Assembly: GCA_900551105.1 (NCBI GenBank)
Contig: URUT01000002.1
Coordinates: 1 to 61,802 of the forward strand
Direction of reading: 5' to 3'
From: an uncultured Mycoplasmatota bacterium
GTDB taxonomy: Bacteria; Bacillota_I; Bacilli_A; RF39; UBA660
Length of the DNA: 61,802 bases
The notes beneath the pieces are model-generated. The model was not told the DNA's origin. It ran no database searches and saw only the letters and a program-made list of their open reading frames with translations. Of the stretch, positions 59,411-61,802 are shown piece by piece (within the stretch, counting starts at the first letter, position 1; each line of letters starts with the position of its first letter). The translations under genes and the position numbers were made by a program.

Positions 59411-61802
59411 AATTTATTTTTTAAACTTTTTTTATTGGTATAAATCCAAAAACCTAATAATGACAACGATAATAAAGAGATGCATCCACCAACTAAAGCA
59501 TAAGGAATTTTATATTTTATCACAATATTATGTCCTCCTGCTTCAACATCAAATCCTAATAAAGTATTATTTATTTCATAAGTATTAACCTTAATTCCAT
59601 CAATATATACATTCCATCCCTTATCATAAGGTATTGAAGTGAAAACACTCATATCTTTATTAAAACTACCAAAAGCAGTAATCTTATCCTCGTTAAATTC
59701 TTCAATACTAACTTTATTATTAAGATAATAAGTATATGCCTCGTTAAACTTATTTTTATCCAAACTATAAATCCAAACATCTTCATCATCATAATAATTA
59801 GTATATCCAACATAAAATTCTAAATTGTTATTTTCTCCCAAGGCATCTATAATATAGTTTTCACTATAAGATGAATTACTATAAATAGTTAAATCACTAT
59901 TATAAACATAATCATGCTCATTTTCGTTATAATACATTGAACCATTAATAACCATAAAATCACATAAATAATTATTAAAGTATAAATAGAAATTATTAGA
60001 ATCATTTTTCACACTATACTTAAATATCTTATGATTATCATCTTCATAATACAATTCTTTTTTATAAATACTTAATTCTTTTAAAACATTATCAATACCA
60101 GAACTCTTTAATACAAAATCATTTTGATTATTAAATGGATTATCATAATTTGTGTTCCAATTTTTAATATTATTATTAACACCAAACATTAATCCTAAAT
60201 TATATTTACTCTTATAAATAGCTAAATCATTACTGTCAAAATATAAAGAATAATGGATAAAATCATTGATATCTCCAATTATATATTTAACATTAAATAA
60301 CATATCATAAATTGGTGTATTACTTTTATAATAATAACTATTAATCTCATTTCCTGGCATCCCTAAAGCATGATTTAAAACTGCCATATTTTCATAAGCC
60401 ATTGAACTAAAAGTCATTTGACCATAATAATTATACCAAGAAGGATCATTATACGTTAATAAATCTATTCTTTCCATTCTATGCATTTCTTTATCATTTT
60501 TATTAACAAAATCTATTCCTTTTCTCATTGAATCATAATCACTGTAAAATGTACTAGCTACATGTGCCATGTCCCAATTATTATTTAAAACTACACAACA
60601 TTCAAGCATTACCGTAACAATACATATATAAGGAACAATTTTTTTATAGGAACCAAAATATTTATAAATAACAAATAATAAAAAGAAAATAGTACTTAAT
60701 CCATAATTTAAATAAATCATATCTCTTGAAATATTTTCAAATGGTAAAAACCAAACTAGTGAAATAAATATTAATACTAAACCATAACAAACAAATCCAT
60801 AAATAGATTTAAGTCCTTTAATTTTAAATAATGAATAAGCATTAATAATAATAAGTACAAAACTATATAAGAAAGAGTATCTATAAGGTAAATCATTTGG
60901 TACATGAAAAGCATGCCATATATAATCTAAAGGGGCAAGTACAAAACTTAAAATCATAATTAATAATAATAAAGTATAAGCAAATTTAACTTTTAATTTA
61001 ATGTCAGAATTAAAATAAAAAGCAAATAGTAACATAACAGATAATATTCCACAAGACACATTAGGTGCTGTAGTAACTCCAGATTTTAAAACAGTACTAC
61101 CAACACCACTTAAATGATTATAAATAAATTCAATAAAAGTAAAATCATAATATTGAGAAGTAGGCCAAACATCTCCAGTAGCACTAATTCCAGACATAGA
61201 TTTAAACATAGGAATTAAGAAAACTGCACATATACCACCAGCAATTAATGATGCCACTCCAAAAATTAAACATTTTTTACCAATTTTTTTAAAGTCATAT
61301 TTATTAGTTTTAATAAACAAATAGGTCAAAAAATACAAAACACTAAAAATACATATCATATAAGCAATAAAATAATTTGCAAATAACATAATTACTAAAA
61401 TAACAATATACAAAAAAGGGTTTTCTTTATTAATAATATACTCAATTCCTAACGTAATTAACGGAAGTAATACCATTCCATCTAACCACATTATATTCCA
61501 ATAATATGCCACAAAATATGCACAAAACCCATATAATAATGAAATAGGAATAAACATTTTATAATCTTTATTAAACTTATTTTTTAAAAATATACTCATA
61601 GTTATACAAGAACATATTGATTTTAGTCCAATAATTATAGAATAAGATGTTAATAAATGAATTCTTTTAAACAAAAAAATCAAAATATTAAATGGACTAG
61701 ATAAATAATTAAAAAAGTTTCTAAAAAACGGAAGCCCCATTCCCGTATTAAAAGAATATATTAAACTACTACTATTCTTAACTCTATCATAAAGTTCTCC
61801 AA
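59407..61802 (-). CDS. YfhO-family polytopic membrane (glycosylation) protein, 5' end outside the window
   Basis: More than 790 aa with many TM segments and a large C-terminal extracellular domain plus a final TM segment. The reading frame stays open upstream of the ATG at 61740 to the window edge (..GELYDRVKNSSSLIYSFNTGMGLPFF..), so the N-terminus is truncated by the window. Confidence 0.75.
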   Translation of the reverse strand, partial: GELYDRVKNSSSLIYSFNTGMGLPFFRNFFNYLSSPFNILIFLFKRIHLLTSYSIIIGLKSICSCITMSIFLKNKFNKDYKMFIPISLLYGFCAYFVAYYWNIMWLDGMVLLPLITLGIEYIINKENPFLYIVILVIMLFANYFIAYMICIFSVLYFLTYLFIKTNKYDFKKIGKKCLIFGVASLIAGGICAVFLIPMFKSMSGISATGDVWPTSQYYDFTFIEFIYNHLSGVGSTVLKSGVTTAPNVSCGILSVMLLFAFYFNSDIKLKVKFAYTLLLLIMILSFVLAPLDYIWHAFHVPNDLPYRYSFLYSFVLIIINAYSLFKIKGLKSIYGFVCYGLVLIFISLVWFLPFENISRDMIYLNYGLSTIFFLLFVIYKYFGSYKKIVPYICIVTVMLECCVVLNNNWDMAHVASTFYSDYDSMRKGIDFVNKNDKEMHRMERIDLLTYNDPSWYNYYGQMTFSSMAYENMAVLNHALGMPGNEINSYYYKSNTPIYDMLFNVKYIIGDINDFIHYSLYFDSNDLAIYKSKYNLGLMFGVNNNIKNWNTNYDNPFNNQNDFVLKSSGIDNVLKELSIYKKELYYEDDNHKIFKYSVKNDSNNFYLYFNNYLCDFMVINGSMYYNENEHDYVYNSDLTIYSNSSYSENYIIDALGENNNLEFYVGYTNYYDDEDVWIYSLDKNKFNEAYTYYLNNKVSIEEFNEDKITAFGSFNKDMSVFTSIPYDKGWNVYIDGIKVNTYEINNTLLGFDVEAGGHNIVIKYKIPYALVGGCISLLSLSLLGFWIYTNKKSLKNKF

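Overview
This window is the chromosomal replication-origin region of a very AT-rich, spore-forming Bacillota. It uses the standard genetic code: TGA terminates recF and Trp is encoded by TGG. Gene content points to an Erysipelotrichia/Bacilli-like lineage: RNA polymerase delta subunit, ComK, PFOR, a full set of early sporulation genes, and a tmRNA tag ending ALAFA. Gene orientation flips at about 26.7-27.0 kb. On the left arm nearly everything is on the minus strand: rpmH-rnpA-yidC-jag-mnmE-mnmG-rsmG-parB, then rpoE-prfA-prmC-spoIIR-mntP-murA-rpmE-rpiB-spoIID-spoIIQ-like-PFOR-recG. On the right arm nearly everything is on the plus strand: dnaA-dnaN-comK-recF-gyrB-gyrA, SRP RNA, tadA-dnaX-ybaB-recR-bofA-holB-ricT-pth-mfd-spoVT, a Met T-box with metG, tatD-rsmA-yabG-veg-spoVG-yabP-yabQ-divIC, tmRNA, pepC, an envelope-protein cluster, tRNA-Cys, a lipid kinase and YfhO. 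Two genes missed by the ORF track were found by hand: rpmH (40 aa) and bofA (59 aa). The only clearly accessory DNA is the first ~3.1 kb. It holds a translationally coupled ABC/AAA_21 ATPase plus RloB (Toprim-like) pair, an AbiL-like split-OLD candidate phage-defence module. It also holds two mini-proteins, a structured leader and a promoter-to-terminator sRNA candidate. Other points worth a second look: (1) three parS palindromes within 190 bp downstream of gyrA, two of them fused to DnaA boxes in a 26-bp exact repeat; (2) a lone ParB with a long extension and no ParA/Noc beside it; (3) a bipartite oriC built from the degenerate 9-mer TTTTCAACA, with a box-box-(TAA)4 unwinding module; (4) two C-rich sRNA candidates; (5) comK sitting between dnaN and recF behind 10-bp phased repeats; (6) a minimal SRP RNA in a sporulating genome. 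No CRISPR array, transposase, integrase or rRNA gene is visible.
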